Shown: positions 9,102 through 20,095 of the stretch, piece after piece | How positions within the stretch are numbered: position 1 is the stretch's first letter | Layout of the letters: each line of letters begins with the position of its first letter | Source: a bacterium | Lineage (GTDB): Bacteria; Sysuimicrobiota; Sysuimicrobiia; Sysuimicrobiales; Humicultoraceae | DNA length: 64,000 nt | Assembly (NCBI GenBank): GCA_041497675.1 | Contig: JBGQGY010000001.1 | Location: 32,001 to 96,000, forward strand | Direction of reading: 5' to 3' | The notes under the pieces: model-generated | What the model was told of the DNA's origin: nothing | Database searches by the model: none | Seen by the model: the letters and a program-made list of their open reading frames with translations, nothing else | Position numbers and translations under genes: made by a program

Positions 9102-11084
9102 ATGTCAGGTTGTCACGATGTCGCGACTGTTGAGGCGGGCACGAATTCCCGGTTGCCGAGCGTTGCGCTGCTCGGGCACCACAACGTCGGCAAGTCCGTT
9201 TTATTTCAGCGCCTGACCGGCCGATTTGCCTCCGTCGCCAACTACCCGGGAACCACGGTGGAGGTCGCCCAGGGCACGTCGCGCGCGTTGGGCGGCATTC
9301 CGGTATTTGACACCCCAGGCGTCCTGGGGTTTCCCGCACGCTCAGAGGACGAGCAGGCCACGACTCGGGTGCTCCTTTTCGAGCCGCTGAAGGCGATCGT
9401 GCAGGTCGGCGACGCGAAGAACCTCCGGCGCACGCTGCTGCTGACCGTCCAACTCGCCGAGATGGGCGTGCCGTTGGTCCTGGCGTTAAACATGATGGAC
9501 GAAGCCGGAGCGCGCGGCGTGCGCGTGGAGAGCGAGCGCTTGAGTCAGCGGCTCGGCCTTCCCGTGCTGCAGACTGTCGCCATCACCGGCACCGGCGTGG
9601 ACGCGCTCGCCGGCGCGGTGTGTGAGGTAGGCCTGCCGCGGCTGCACCTGACCTACGGTGCGGAGATCGAGGACGCGCTGGCCGAGATCGGCCCGCAACT
9701 GCCGCCTGCGCCGATCTCGCCGCGGGCACTGGCGCTGCTGTGGCTGAGCCGCGACCACGTGATCGAGTCGTGGGCGGCGGAGCGGCTCGACAACGAGGTG
9801 TACCGGCGTCTCGTGGCGCGCCGCGAGGCGCTGCAGCTGTCCTTCACGGGGCCGATTGCCGAAGTCATCCAGCGCGCCCGTCTCGCTTGGGTCGCCGCGG
9901 TTGCCGCCTCGGTCATCACAGCCGAGGGAAACTGGTGGACCGGTCTGGGAGCGACGCTGGGACGGCTGGCCGCGCACCCGCTGTGGGGGCTGCCGATTCT
10001 TGCCGGTGTGTTGTACGGGGTGTACTGGTTCGTGGGCGTCTTCGGCGCCGGGACCCTTGTTGGTCTCCTGGAGGAACAGCTCTTCGGCGAGATCCTCAAC
10101 CCTCGCATCACGGCGTGGGTGGGCCGGGTCATTCCGATCAAGGTGGCTGCCGACTTCTTGGTCGGCGAGTACGGGCTCTGGACGATGGGCATGACCTATG
10201 CCCTGGCGCTCATCCTGCCCATCGTCACGACGTTCTTCGCCGTGTTCGGTGTGCTTGAGGACTCGGGATACCTACCCCGCCTCGCTGTGCTGAGCAACCG
10301 GATCTTTCGTGTGCTCGGTCTCAACGGGAAGGCGGTGCTTCCCATGGTGCTCGGCCTGGGCTGCGTGACCATGGCCACCCTCACGACGAGAATCCTGGAG
10401 AGCCGCCGTGACCGTCTCCTGGTGATCCTGCTGCTCGCGCTGGCTGTGCCCTGTTCGGCGCAGCTCGGCGTGGTGATGGGCATGCTGGCCAGCATCTCGC
10501 TCGCAGCGACGATGATCTGGGGTGGCGTGATTGGGCTCGTGCTGCTGGCGGTGGGATGGCTCGCCGCGCGCTTGGTGCCAGGGGAGCGGTCGTTTCTCGT
10601 GCTGGAGTTGCCGCCGCTGCGACGCCCGTCGCTCGCCGGGGTGGCGGCAAAGACCGCTGCGCGGCTTGAGTGGTATCTGAAGGAAGCCTTGCCGCTCTTT
10701 CTCGCCGGCTCGGCGCTCGTGTTCCTCATGGATCGGGTGGGAGCGCTGCCGGCGCTCACCCGGGCCGCGGAGCCGCTCGTCACCGGATGGTTGGGGCTTC
10801 CTCCTCAGGCGAGCGCGGCATTCCTGATGGGCTTCCTGCGGCGCGACTTCGGGGCCACCGGCCTGTTCGCCCTAGAGTCGCAGGGACTGCTGACGCCGCT
10901 GCAGGTCGTGGTGGCGATGGTCACCATCACCTTGTTCATCCCCTGTTTCGCCAGCGTGCTGATCATCGCCAAGGAGCGCGGGTCCCGGACCGCGGCGGCG
11001 GTGACGGCGCTGGTCTTTCCGCTGGCGTTCGTGGTGGGTGGCGTGCTGTACAGAATCCTCGGCGCGCTGGGGTGGGGCTCGTGA
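9102..11084 (+). CDS. feoB: Ferrous iron transporter FeoB
   Basis: G1 GHHNVGKS, VANYPGTTVE, DTPG, LNMMDEA, LEDSGYLPR, gate motifs LGLGC/VPCSAQ/IPCFA; GGAGGA RBS. Confidence 0.95.
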   Translation: MSGCHDVATVEAGTNSRLPSVALLGHHNVGKSVLFQRLTGRFASVANYPGTTVEVAQGTSRALGGIPVFDTPGVLGFPARSEDEQATTRVLLFEPLKAIVQVGDAKNLRRTLLLTVQLAEMGVPLVLALNMMDEAGARGVRVESERLSQRLGLPVLQTVAITGTGVDALAGAVCEVGLPRLHLTYGAEIEDALAEIGPQLPPAPISPRALALLWLSRDHVIESWAAERLDNEVYRRLVARREALQLSFTGPIAEVIQRARLAWVAAVAASVITAEGNWWTGLGATLGRLAAHPLWGLPILAGVLYGVYWFVGVFGAGTLVGLLEEQLFGEILNPRITAWVGRVIPIKVAADFLVGEYGLWTMGMTYALALILPIVTTFFAVFGVLEDSGYLPRLAVLSNRIFRVLGLNGKAVLPMVLGLGCVTMATLTTRILESRRDRLLVILLLALAVPCSAQLGVVMGMLASISLAATMIWGGVIGLVLLAVGWLAARLVPGERSFLVLELPPLRRPSLAGVAAKTAARLEWYLKEALPLFLAGSALVFLMDRVGALPALTRAAEPLVTGWLGLPPQASAAFLMGFLRRDFGATGLFALESQGLLTPLQVVVAMVTITLFIPCFASVLIIAKERGSRTAAAVTALVFPLAFVVGGVLYRILGALGWGS

Positions 11085-11557
11085 GGGTACCCCTGATGAC
11101 TTGCTCGATGTGCGGCCATGTCTACGATCCAGCCGACGCGCAGGCTTGCGCTGCGTGCCCGCTGCACACAGGCTGCGCAATGACGTGCTGCCCGGCGTGC
11201 GGGTACACCGCGGTCGACCCCAACCGGTCCACGCTCGCGCGTTGGTTCGCCGGCATCTTCGGCGGGCACACGATTGTGGGTCGGACCGGTACGCACGGGA
11301 CGGAGTGGGACGGTCCGCGGCCCGACCTCATGCTTGCCGACCTATCTCCCGGCGACGAAGCTAGCGTGGTGGACTTCGAGGGGCCCGCCGCGGATAGGCG
11401 CGCGCAGTTGCAGGCGTATGGGCTCGTGCCGGGCCGCCGGCTGCGCGTCGTTCAACAGCGACCGGTTACGGTACTGCTGGTGGATCACACCGAGCTTGCC
11501 ATTGAAGGGGATCTGGCCCGAGGTATCAGGGTGCAACGGCCGGCACTAACCGCGTGA
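11081..11557 (+). CDS. feoA: FeoA-domain protein with N-terminal 8-Cys metal-binding domain
   Basis: C-terminal LADLSPGDEASVV…LQAYGLVPGRRLRVVQQRPVTVLLVDHTELAI (FeoA SH3-like); N-terminal CxxC…CxxC…C…CCxxC; GTGA overlap with the feoB stop. Confidence 0.8.
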   Translation: MRVPLMTCSMCGHVYDPADAQACAACPLHTGCAMTCCPACGYTAVDPNRSTLARWFAGIFGGHTIVGRTGTHGTEWDGPRPDLMLADLSPGDEASVVDFEGPAADRRAQLQAYGLVPGRRLRVVQQRPVTVLLVDHTELAIEGDLARGIRVQRPALTA

Positions 11558-11815
11558 GCGAACGCTCGCGAGATTCGTTAGGTCTTCCATTCGTGCGGTA
11601 TCTCGAGTCACCGAGCCGTGCGAGGGAGCGCATCACGTGCCGGTTGCTTTTCCAGCATCAGTTCGACTAGAGTGGACCTGCGTTACGGGCGCGCTAGTCG
11701 CTGGCGCGCGCCGACTGGGACTGTTCGCTCTTAAGCGCCAGGTTGGAAGATCTCTGATCAGGTCCACCAGATTTTCCCCCCGCATACGAGTCGCTAAGAG
11801 AGGCACGCAATCGTC

Positions 11816-12781
11816 ATGACACGTCTGTATCCAGAGATCGAACCGTACGAACATGGCATGTTGGAGGTGGGTGACGGCAACCGCGTGTACTGGGAGACAT
11901 GCGGCGATCCTCGCGGCAAGCCGGCCGTCGTCTTGCACGGTGGTCCGGGTTCGGGATGTGTGGAGTGGCACCGCAGGCTATTCGATCCCACTGCCTATCG
12001 CGTCGTGTTGTTCGATCAGCGAGGCTGCGGGCGAAGCACGCCACACGCAAGCGCCCCCGATACGGACCTGGCGAGCAACCACACCGCACACCTGATCGCG
12101 GACATTGAACTGTTGCGTCAACACCTGGATGTCGACCGATGGTTGGCATTCGGCGGATCCTGGGGCAGCACGTTGGCGCTCGCCTACGCCGAAACGTATC
12201 CGGATCGGGTCACGGAGATGATCTTGTTTGGTGTGACGACCGGACGCCACAGCGAGTTTGACTGGACGTTCCGTGGCGGTGTAGCCGTCTTTTTCCCCGA
12301 GCAATGGGACCGTCTCCGCGCTGCCGTGCCGGTCGCCAAACGAGACGGCGATCTCGTCGAGGCCTACCACCGATTGCTGAACGATCCCGACCACACGGTC
12401 CGCCGGCAAGCCGCCGAGGCCTGGTGCATGTGGGAATCGGCGACACCCGCGTGGCCTCCGACGACTGGACTCGCCGAACGATTCACCAATCCCACCTTTG
12501 CGATGGCGTTTGCGCGCATCGTGACCCACTACGTCCGGCACAATGCATGGCTGGAAGACGGGCGCTTGCTCCGCGACGCCGGCTCGCTGGCCGGAATCCC
12601 CGGGACACTGGTGAACGGACGCTTTGATTTTCAAGCACCGATCGCCAACGCGTGGGAGCTCAAGCGCGTGTGGCCACGCGCCGAGCTCGTGATCGTTGAC
12701 GACGCTGGCCACGGCGCCAAGCACCCGGGCCTCACCCAAGAACTGATCCGCGCCACCGACCAATTCGCAAGGCTCCGATAG
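11816..12781 (+). CDS. pip: Proline iminopeptidase (prolyl aminopeptidase, S33)
   Basis: LYPEIEPY, LHGGPGSG, FDQRGCGRSTP, FGGSWGSTLAL, ARIVTHY, DAGH. Confidence 0.93.
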   Translation: MTRLYPEIEPYEHGMLEVGDGNRVYWETCGDPRGKPAVVLHGGPGSGCVEWHRRLFDPTAYRVVLFDQRGCGRSTPHASAPDTDLASNHTAHLIADIELLRQHLDVDRWLAFGGSWGSTLALAYAETYPDRVTEMILFGVTTGRHSEFDWTFRGGVAVFFPEQWDRLRAAVPVAKRDGDLVEAYHRLLNDPDHTVRRQAAEAWCMWESATPAWPPTTGLAERFTNPTFAMAFARIVTHYVRHNAWLEDGRLLRDAGSLAGIPGTLVNGRFDFQAPIANAWELKRVWPRAELVIVDDAGHGAKHPGLTQELIRATDQFARLR

Positions 12782-12862
12782 GGTATGATGGTAACCGTGC
12801 CGGTCATATCGGGAGAGGATGTCGGGAACTCGGTCCGGACCGAGTTGGGCACCGGTGCGTCT

Positions 12863-14620
<1,758 letters not shown>

Positions 14621-14639
14621 CGACCCAGGAGGGGATACG

Positions 14640-15023
14640 ATGAAGTACCGCTTTCATCACATCCACGTGATCTGCCGCGACCTGCCGGCCAGTGAGGCGT
14701 TCTTCGCGAACGACCTGGGGGCCACGCTTGTTGAGCGCCGCAAGTTTGGGACTGCCGATGGAGCGATCATCGACCTCGACGGGACGCGCATCTACCTCCG
14801 CGCGCGCCGGGAGGGCGACGCCATCACGGGTGACTCCACCAACGCGCGGTTTGGTTACGACCATATCGGACTTCAGGTCGACGACCTCGATGCCGCGTAC
14901 AAGGCCCTGTCAGGGAAAGGGTACGTCTTTTTCATGCCTCCCCAGCAGCAAGGGGACATGCGGATCGCGTTTCTCAAAGGACCGGACAACATCACCATCG
15001 AGCTCCTCCAACCCCTCGGCTGA
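14640..15023 (+). CDS. VOC/glyoxalase family protein
   Basis: FHHIHV…DL…FF…LG, YDHIGLQVDDLDA, IAFLKGPDNITIELLQ; AGGAGG RBS. Confidence 0.88.
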   Translation: MKYRFHHIHVICRDLPASEAFFANDLGATLVERRKFGTADGAIIDLDGTRIYLRARREGDAITGDSTNARFGYDHIGLQVDDLDAAYKALSGKGYVFFMPPQQQGDMRIAFLKGPDNITIELLQPLG

Positions 15024-15041
15024 CTATCGCTTCAATTTCCC

Positions 15042-15833
15042 TCAGTCGAGCGCCTCGTCCTTGACGGGAACAGTGTAGTTGAGTCCGAGCCGACCGCCGT
15101 CGGCGTAGATGGTCTGGCTGGTGACATAGCTCGCATCCGCCGAGGCGAGGAAGCAGGCGACGGCGGCGATCTCATCTGGGTCGCCGATGCGCCCGAGCGG
15201 CGTGCGCGTGAGCAGCCGGCGTTTTGCCTCTTTATCGGTCGCCACGGCCTGCAGGATTTCGGTCTGGATGGAGCCGGGGCCGATGGCGTTCACCCGAATG
15301 CCGAACGGCGCGAGCGACAGCGCCATGACCTTCGTGAGTTGGTCGAGCCCGCCCTTGGACACGCAATACGGCACCTGGTTGGGAATCGCGACGACGGCAT
15401 TAATGGAACTCATGTTGATGATCGTGCCGGGAGGCCTGCCCGCCTTCACCTGCGCCACCATCTGTCGTGCCGCCGCCTGACCGACCAGGAACGCCCCCTT
15501 GAGGTTGGTCCGGAGTACGCGATCGAAGTCGGCTTCTGAGACGTCGAGAAAATCGGCGGAATGGACGATGCCGGCGTTGTTGACGAGGATGTCGACACCG
15601 CCCAGCGCCGATGCCCCAGCGACCAGCCTGCGCGCCTGGCCCGCGTCACCCACGTCGGTCATGATGAAGCGGCAGCGGTCGCCGAGCGCGGCCGCACTGG
15701 CCTCGCCGGTCTTCTGGTCGATGTCGCCGATGACGACCCTAGCGCCTTCCGCGACGTAGCGCTTGGCAATCGCAAATCCGATCCCGCGCGCCCCGCCGGT
15801 GACGATCGCGATCTTGTTGTCGAGTTTGCCCAT
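15042..15833 (-). CDS. Short-chain dehydrogenase/reductase (SDR)
   Basis: TGGARGIG, NNAG, NMSS, YCVSK, RVNAIGPG. Confidence 0.93.
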   Translation of the reverse strand: MGKLDNKIAIVTGGARGIGFAIAKRYVAEGARVVIGDIDQKTGEASAAALGDRCRFIMTDVGDAGQARRLVAGASALGGVDILVNNAGIVHSADFLDVSEADFDRVLRTNLKGAFLVGQAAARQMVAQVKAGRPPGTIINMSSINAVVAIPNQVPYCVSKGGLDQLTKVMALSLAPFGIRVNAIGPGSIQTEILQAVATDKEAKRRLLTRTPLGRIGDPDEIAAVACFLASADASYVTSQTIYADGGRLGLNYTVPVKDEALD

Positions 15834-15933
15834 GGGAATCTCAGTTCAAGACCCGTATTGCGCGCACCTTGTGGCGGCGTGAAACGGCCGCCCGGTCACA
15901 GGAGCCGGTGCACGCCGGACGAATTGAAGGTGC

Positions 15934-16608
15934 ATGGAATTCTATGACGTCATGCGTACGACGTTTTCCGCGCGTGAGTTCACCGCGGATCCGCTCCCAG
16001 ATGACACCCTCTTCAAGATCCTGAACGTCGCCCGATTCGCGCCCAGCGGCGGCAATCGGCAGGGGTGGCGCGTGGTGGTCGTGCGCGATCGCGCCACGCG
16101 TGAGGCGATCGCCGCGCTGAACGCCCCAACCGCCAGACGCTATATGGCGCAGGTGCATGCCGGCGAGAACCCCTGGAACACCATCGATCCCACGACGGTT
16201 GACGCGGCGACCATCGAGCAGACGCGGGTGCCGGCGCGGATGACCGAGCCGCTGCTCACGGCGCCGGCGGTCCTCATCCTCTGCGTCGATCTCAAGGTGG
16301 TGGCGTCGACGGATCAATATTTGAAACGGGTCGGCATCGTCAGCGGGGCGTCGATCTATCCCTTTGCGTGGAGCATCCTGCTGGCCGCGCGGCACGAGGG
16401 GTTTGGAGGCACCATCACCACGCTCGCGATCGCGCAGGAACCGCAACTGCAGTCGCTCCTGGGTATCCCCCCGCACGTCGCCGTATGCGCCATCATGCCG
16501 CTCGGCCGTCCGGTGCGCCAGCTGAGGCGGCTCAAGCGGAAGGCGGTCCCGGAATTTGCGATGCTCGAGCGCTGGGGTGGTCCGCCGCTGAACGTGGCCA
16601 GGCGCTGA
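15934..16608 (+). CDS. Nitroreductase family protein
   Basis: RTTFSAREF…ARFAPSGGNRQGWRVVVV…GASIYP…LLAARHEGFG. Confidence 0.88.
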   Translation: MEFYDVMRTTFSAREFTADPLPDDTLFKILNVARFAPSGGNRQGWRVVVVRDRATREAIAALNAPTARRYMAQVHAGENPWNTIDPTTVDAATIEQTRVPARMTEPLLTAPAVLILCVDLKVVASTDQYLKRVGIVSGASIYPFAWSILLAARHEGFGGTITTLAIAQEPQLQSLLGIPPHVAVCAIMPLGRPVRQLRRLKRKAVPEFAMLERWGGPPLNVARR

Positions 16609-16626
16609 TCCAGCGGATCTTCGGGT

Positions 16627-17571
16627 ATGGGGACGTATCTGCTCAAACGTCTACTGGGAAGCCTGCCGCTGATGCTGGGCGTCTCCATGCTCGTCTTTGG
16701 CATCCTCCAGGCCATGCCGGGCGGCCCCCTGGCGGTCTACCTGGACAATCCCTTCATCACCGGCAAAGACCTGGCCCTGCTCAAGCACCAGCTCGGTCTC
16801 GACCAGCCGGTGCACGTCCAGTACGTCAAGTGGTTTAGCGCCTTTCTGACCGGCCAATGGGGGATCAGCTTTTCGTCGGGCGAACCCGTGGCCAAACTTA
16901 TCAGCGCCCGGTTGCCCGCGACCGTTCTCCTGATGGGCACCGCCTTCGTCATTGCCACGATCTTTTCGGTCACGACAGGCGTGTACAGCGCCGTCCGACA
17001 CTACTCTGCCTTCGACTATAGTGTGACCGTCTTCTCACTCCTCGGGATCTCCATGCCGGTCTTCTGGTTTGGACTGATGCTGCAGCTACTGCTGGCCGTT
17101 CACCTCGGATGGCTACCCGTGGCCGGTTTTGGAGAGGCCGGGAACGTGGCGGACATCGTCCGTCATCTCGTTCTGCCGGCGACCGTGCTGTCGCTGCTGA
17201 GCGCCGGACGGTGGAGCCGGTACACGCGGGCGGGCGTCCTCGAGGTCCTCAGCCAAGACTACGTCCGCACCGCGCGGGCGAAGGGACTTCCGGAACGGGC
17301 GGTCATCTTTCGCCACGCGCTACGGACGAGTCTGACACCGGTCGTGACCATCATGGCGCTGGACCTCGCGGGGCTGTTCTCCGGCGCGGTGGTGACCGAG
17401 ACGGTGTTTGCCTGGCCGGGGATGGGGAGTCTTCTGATCCAATCGGTCTCGAAGGTGGACTACCCTGCCATCCTGGCGATCCTGATGGTCAGCTCGTTCG
17501 CCATCGTCCTGTCGAACCTACTCGCGGATGTGAGCTACAGCCTGCTCGACCCCAGGATCGTGTACCGCTAA
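16627..17571 (+). CDS. Peptide/nickel ABC transporter permease (DppB/OppB-like)
   Basis: LGLDQP, ISMPVFWFG, EVLSQDYVRTARAKGL, ETVFAWPGMG, LLDPRI. Confidence 0.93.
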   Translation: MGTYLLKRLLGSLPLMLGVSMLVFGILQAMPGGPLAVYLDNPFITGKDLALLKHQLGLDQPVHVQYVKWFSAFLTGQWGISFSSGEPVAKLISARLPATVLLMGTAFVIATIFSVTTGVYSAVRHYSAFDYSVTVFSLLGISMPVFWFGLMLQLLLAVHLGWLPVAGFGEAGNVADIVRHLVLPATVLSLLSAGRWSRYTRAGVLEVLSQDYVRTARAKGLPERAVIFRHALRTSLTPVVTIMALDLAGLFSGAVVTETVFAWPGMGSLLIQSVSKVDYPAILAILMVSSFAIVLSNLLADVSYSLLDPRIVYR

Positions 17572-17576
17572 CTGTT

Positions 17577-18446
17577 ATGAGCGCACACGTGGTTGCCACT
17601 CTCACCTCCAGTCTGTACGCCGACGCGTGGAAACGGTTCGTCAGGCACCGCCTCGCCTTGGGGGGACTGGTCGTCCTGTTGATCCTTGGAGGGGCCGCGC
17701 TGGGGGCGCCCATCCTCGCACGCTACGCGCCAAATCAGCTTGACCTCCGCAACATGGGGTCGCCGCCGTCGCGCGCACACTGGTTTGGCACCGACGACCT
17801 GGGGCGGGATGAATTCAGCCGATCGCTGCATGCGGGCCGTGTGTCGCTCTCCATCGGGATATTGAGCGCTTCGGTAGCCGCGCTCGTCGGCACCACTGTT
17901 GGGGCCTTCGCAGGATATTATGGGGGCATCGTGGAAAGCGCGCTGATGCGACTGGTGGACGTGGTGTTGTCCGTGCCGCCGCTTCCCCTCGTGATAGTCC
18001 TGTCGGCCATCACCAAGCCGACGCCCCTGATCCTGATTCTGATCATCGCCGGCATCGGGTGGATGGGGACGGCGCGCTTGGTGCGGAGTTCGCTGCTCAC
18101 GATCCGAGAGGGGGAGTACGTCGAAGCCGCCCGGGCGATGGGATGCAGCAGTCTGCGCATCATCCTCCGGCACGCACTACCGAACTGTCTTGCCCCGGTG
18201 ATCGTCGCGGGTACGCTCGCGGTCGGCAATGCGATCATCACTGAGTCGGTGCTGTCGTATCTCGGGGTTGGGGTGCAACCACCGACGGCGACCTGGGGGA
18301 ACATGCTCAAGAACGCGCAGTCGACGATGACGACCAGGCCGTGGTTGGCGATCTTCCCTGGGTTGTTCATCATGCTCAGCCTCCTCAGCGTGAATGCACT
18401 GGGTGATGGCCTGCGTGATGCGCTCGATGTCCGCTTGAAGACGTAG
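17577..18446 (+). CDS. Peptide/nickel ABC transporter permease (DppC/OppC-like)
   Basis: HWFGTDDLGRD, EYVEAARAMG, RHALPN, ESVLSYLGVG, NALGDGLRDALD. Confidence 0.93.
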   Translation: MSAHVVATLTSSLYADAWKRFVRHRLALGGLVVLLILGGAALGAPILARYAPNQLDLRNMGSPPSRAHWFGTDDLGRDEFSRSLHAGRVSLSIGILSASVAALVGTTVGAFAGYYGGIVESALMRLVDVVLSVPPLPLVIVLSAITKPTPLILILIIAGIGWMGTARLVRSSLLTIREGEYVEAARAMGCSSLRIILRHALPNCLAPVIVAGTLAVGNAIITESVLSYLGVGVQPPTATWGNMLKNAQSTMTTRPWLAIFPGLFIMLSLLSVNALGDGLRDALDVRLKT

Positions 18447-18472
18447 TGTCTATCCGAAGGGGGGCACGGACG

Positions 18473-20092
18473 GTGTCGAGATCCTACGCGCGTGGACGAT
18501 GGCTCAGCCTACCGTTGGTCATCGCGCTATTGGCGATGGTCGTGACGATGGGTGGGCCGGGGGCGATCGGCGCCCCGAGGGACGACGAGGTGGTGGTGGC
18601 ATTCGACAAAGAGCCCGACACGCTCAACCCATACTCCACCAATACATTGTCGGCCAAGGAGCTCAACGTCGTCGAAGGGTTTCATGTCACAAACGACAAC
18701 ATGCAGCACGTCCCGCGCATCGTGCAGCGGGTTCCCTCGCTGACCAACGCCGGTCTGACGATGACTGCCGGCAAGATGACGGTGACCTGGAGGCTCAAAC
18801 CCGACCAGAAGTGGAGCGACGGGAAGCCCGTGACCTCGGCCGACGCGGAGTTTACGTACAAGACCATGACCGACCCGACGTTTCGGGTGGATAGTCGGGC
18901 CGGGTGGCCGGTTATCGAGTCCGTCAGGACCCCGGACCCATTAACCGTTGTCGTGGCGTTCAAAGAACATTACGCGGCGTACCGAGATCTGTTCAGGTAC
19001 CTCCTGCCAAAGCACGTTCTCGAGGGGAAAGACCTGAATACGTTTTCGGAGTACAACCGCTCTCCGGTCACCACCGCGCCCTTTATGGTTCAGCAGTGGG
19101 TGCCCGGGCAGTTCATCGTGTTGGTCGCCAACCCCAACTACCGCGGGGCGGCGCAGGGTCTTCCCCACTTCAAGAAGATGACCTGGCGGTTTGTGCCGGA
19201 TGCGAACACACGGATGAACATGCTCAAGGCGGGCGAGGTCCAGATCGCGTGGGCGGTGCCGTTTGATCAGATCAAGGCGTTGCAGGCGATCTCCCGGCTG
19301 AAGGTCGTCGTCCACCCGCTGAATGCGTGGATGCACTTTGACTTTAACCTCCGGAAACCGATGTTCCAGGACGTGCGGATGCGGCAGGCGGTCGCTTACG
19401 CGATCGACAAAGAAGCCATCGTGACTCAGGTGCTGGGCGGACTCGGGAAACCGGCCGGTCCTCCCATGACGCCGCTGTCATGGGCATACAATCCCAATGC
19501 GTACAGCCAGTACAAATTCGACCTCGCCAAAGCCAGACAGTTGGTGGCCGAGGCCGGATGGCGACCGGGTCCCGACGGCATTCTTCAAAAGGACGGCAAA
19601 CCGTTTACCTTCGACAATTGCCACAACATCGGCGATGCGACGCAGGAGCGCGTGCAGCAGGTCATCCAGGCCATGCTTCGACAGATCGGTATGAATATGG
19701 AAATTCGAAACTTTTCCCCAACGGTGTACGGTGGGATCCGGTTCCGGGGCGAGTGCGACACGCTCTTTCACCGCTGGATCGTCCCCGCAACGCCGGTGCT
19801 CTCGATCTTCTACGCCGCCGACGCCACGCCGCCGAACGGGCTCAACCAGGTCTTTTACATCAACGCCGAGATCACGGATATTATCAAGGAGGCTGAAGGC
19901 ACCGTCGATCAGCCGAAGGCCAAAGCGTTGTTCTGGCGGGCCCAGGAGATTCTGGCGCGCGACTTGCCGACAATCCCGATCTACTACCTGGTGGGGGCGC
20001 AGGCGACGACAACGCGGCTGACCGGGCTCGTGGGCAACCCGACCAACGACGGCGACGGCTGGAACTCAGAAGTATGGAAGATGGGGCCCTAG
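18473..20092 (+). CDS. Peptide/nickel ABC transporter substrate-binding protein (family 5)
   Basis: EPDTLNP, KWSDGKPVTSAD, DVRMRQAVAYAIDK, AQEILARDLPTIP; signal peptide; start could be 18446. Confidence 0.92.
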   Translation: MSRSYARGRWLSLPLVIALLAMVVTMGGPGAIGAPRDDEVVVAFDKEPDTLNPYSTNTLSAKELNVVEGFHVTNDNMQHVPRIVQRVPSLTNAGLTMTAGKMTVTWRLKPDQKWSDGKPVTSADAEFTYKTMTDPTFRVDSRAGWPVIESVRTPDPLTVVVAFKEHYAAYRDLFRYLLPKHVLEGKDLNTFSEYNRSPVTTAPFMVQQWVPGQFIVLVANPNYRGAAQGLPHFKKMTWRFVPDANTRMNMLKAGEVQIAWAVPFDQIKALQAISRLKVVVHPLNAWMHFDFNLRKPMFQDVRMRQAVAYAIDKEAIVTQVLGGLGKPAGPPMTPLSWAYNPNAYSQYKFDLAKARQLVAEAGWRPGPDGILQKDGKPFTFDNCHNIGDATQERVQQVIQAMLRQIGMNMEIRNFSPTVYGGIRFRGECDTLFHRWIVPATPVLSIFYAADATPPNGLNQVFYINAEITDIIKEAEGTVDQPKAKALFWRAQEILARDLPTIPIYYLVGAQATTTRLTGLVGNPTNDGDGWNSEVWKMGP

Positions 20093-20095
20093 CAG

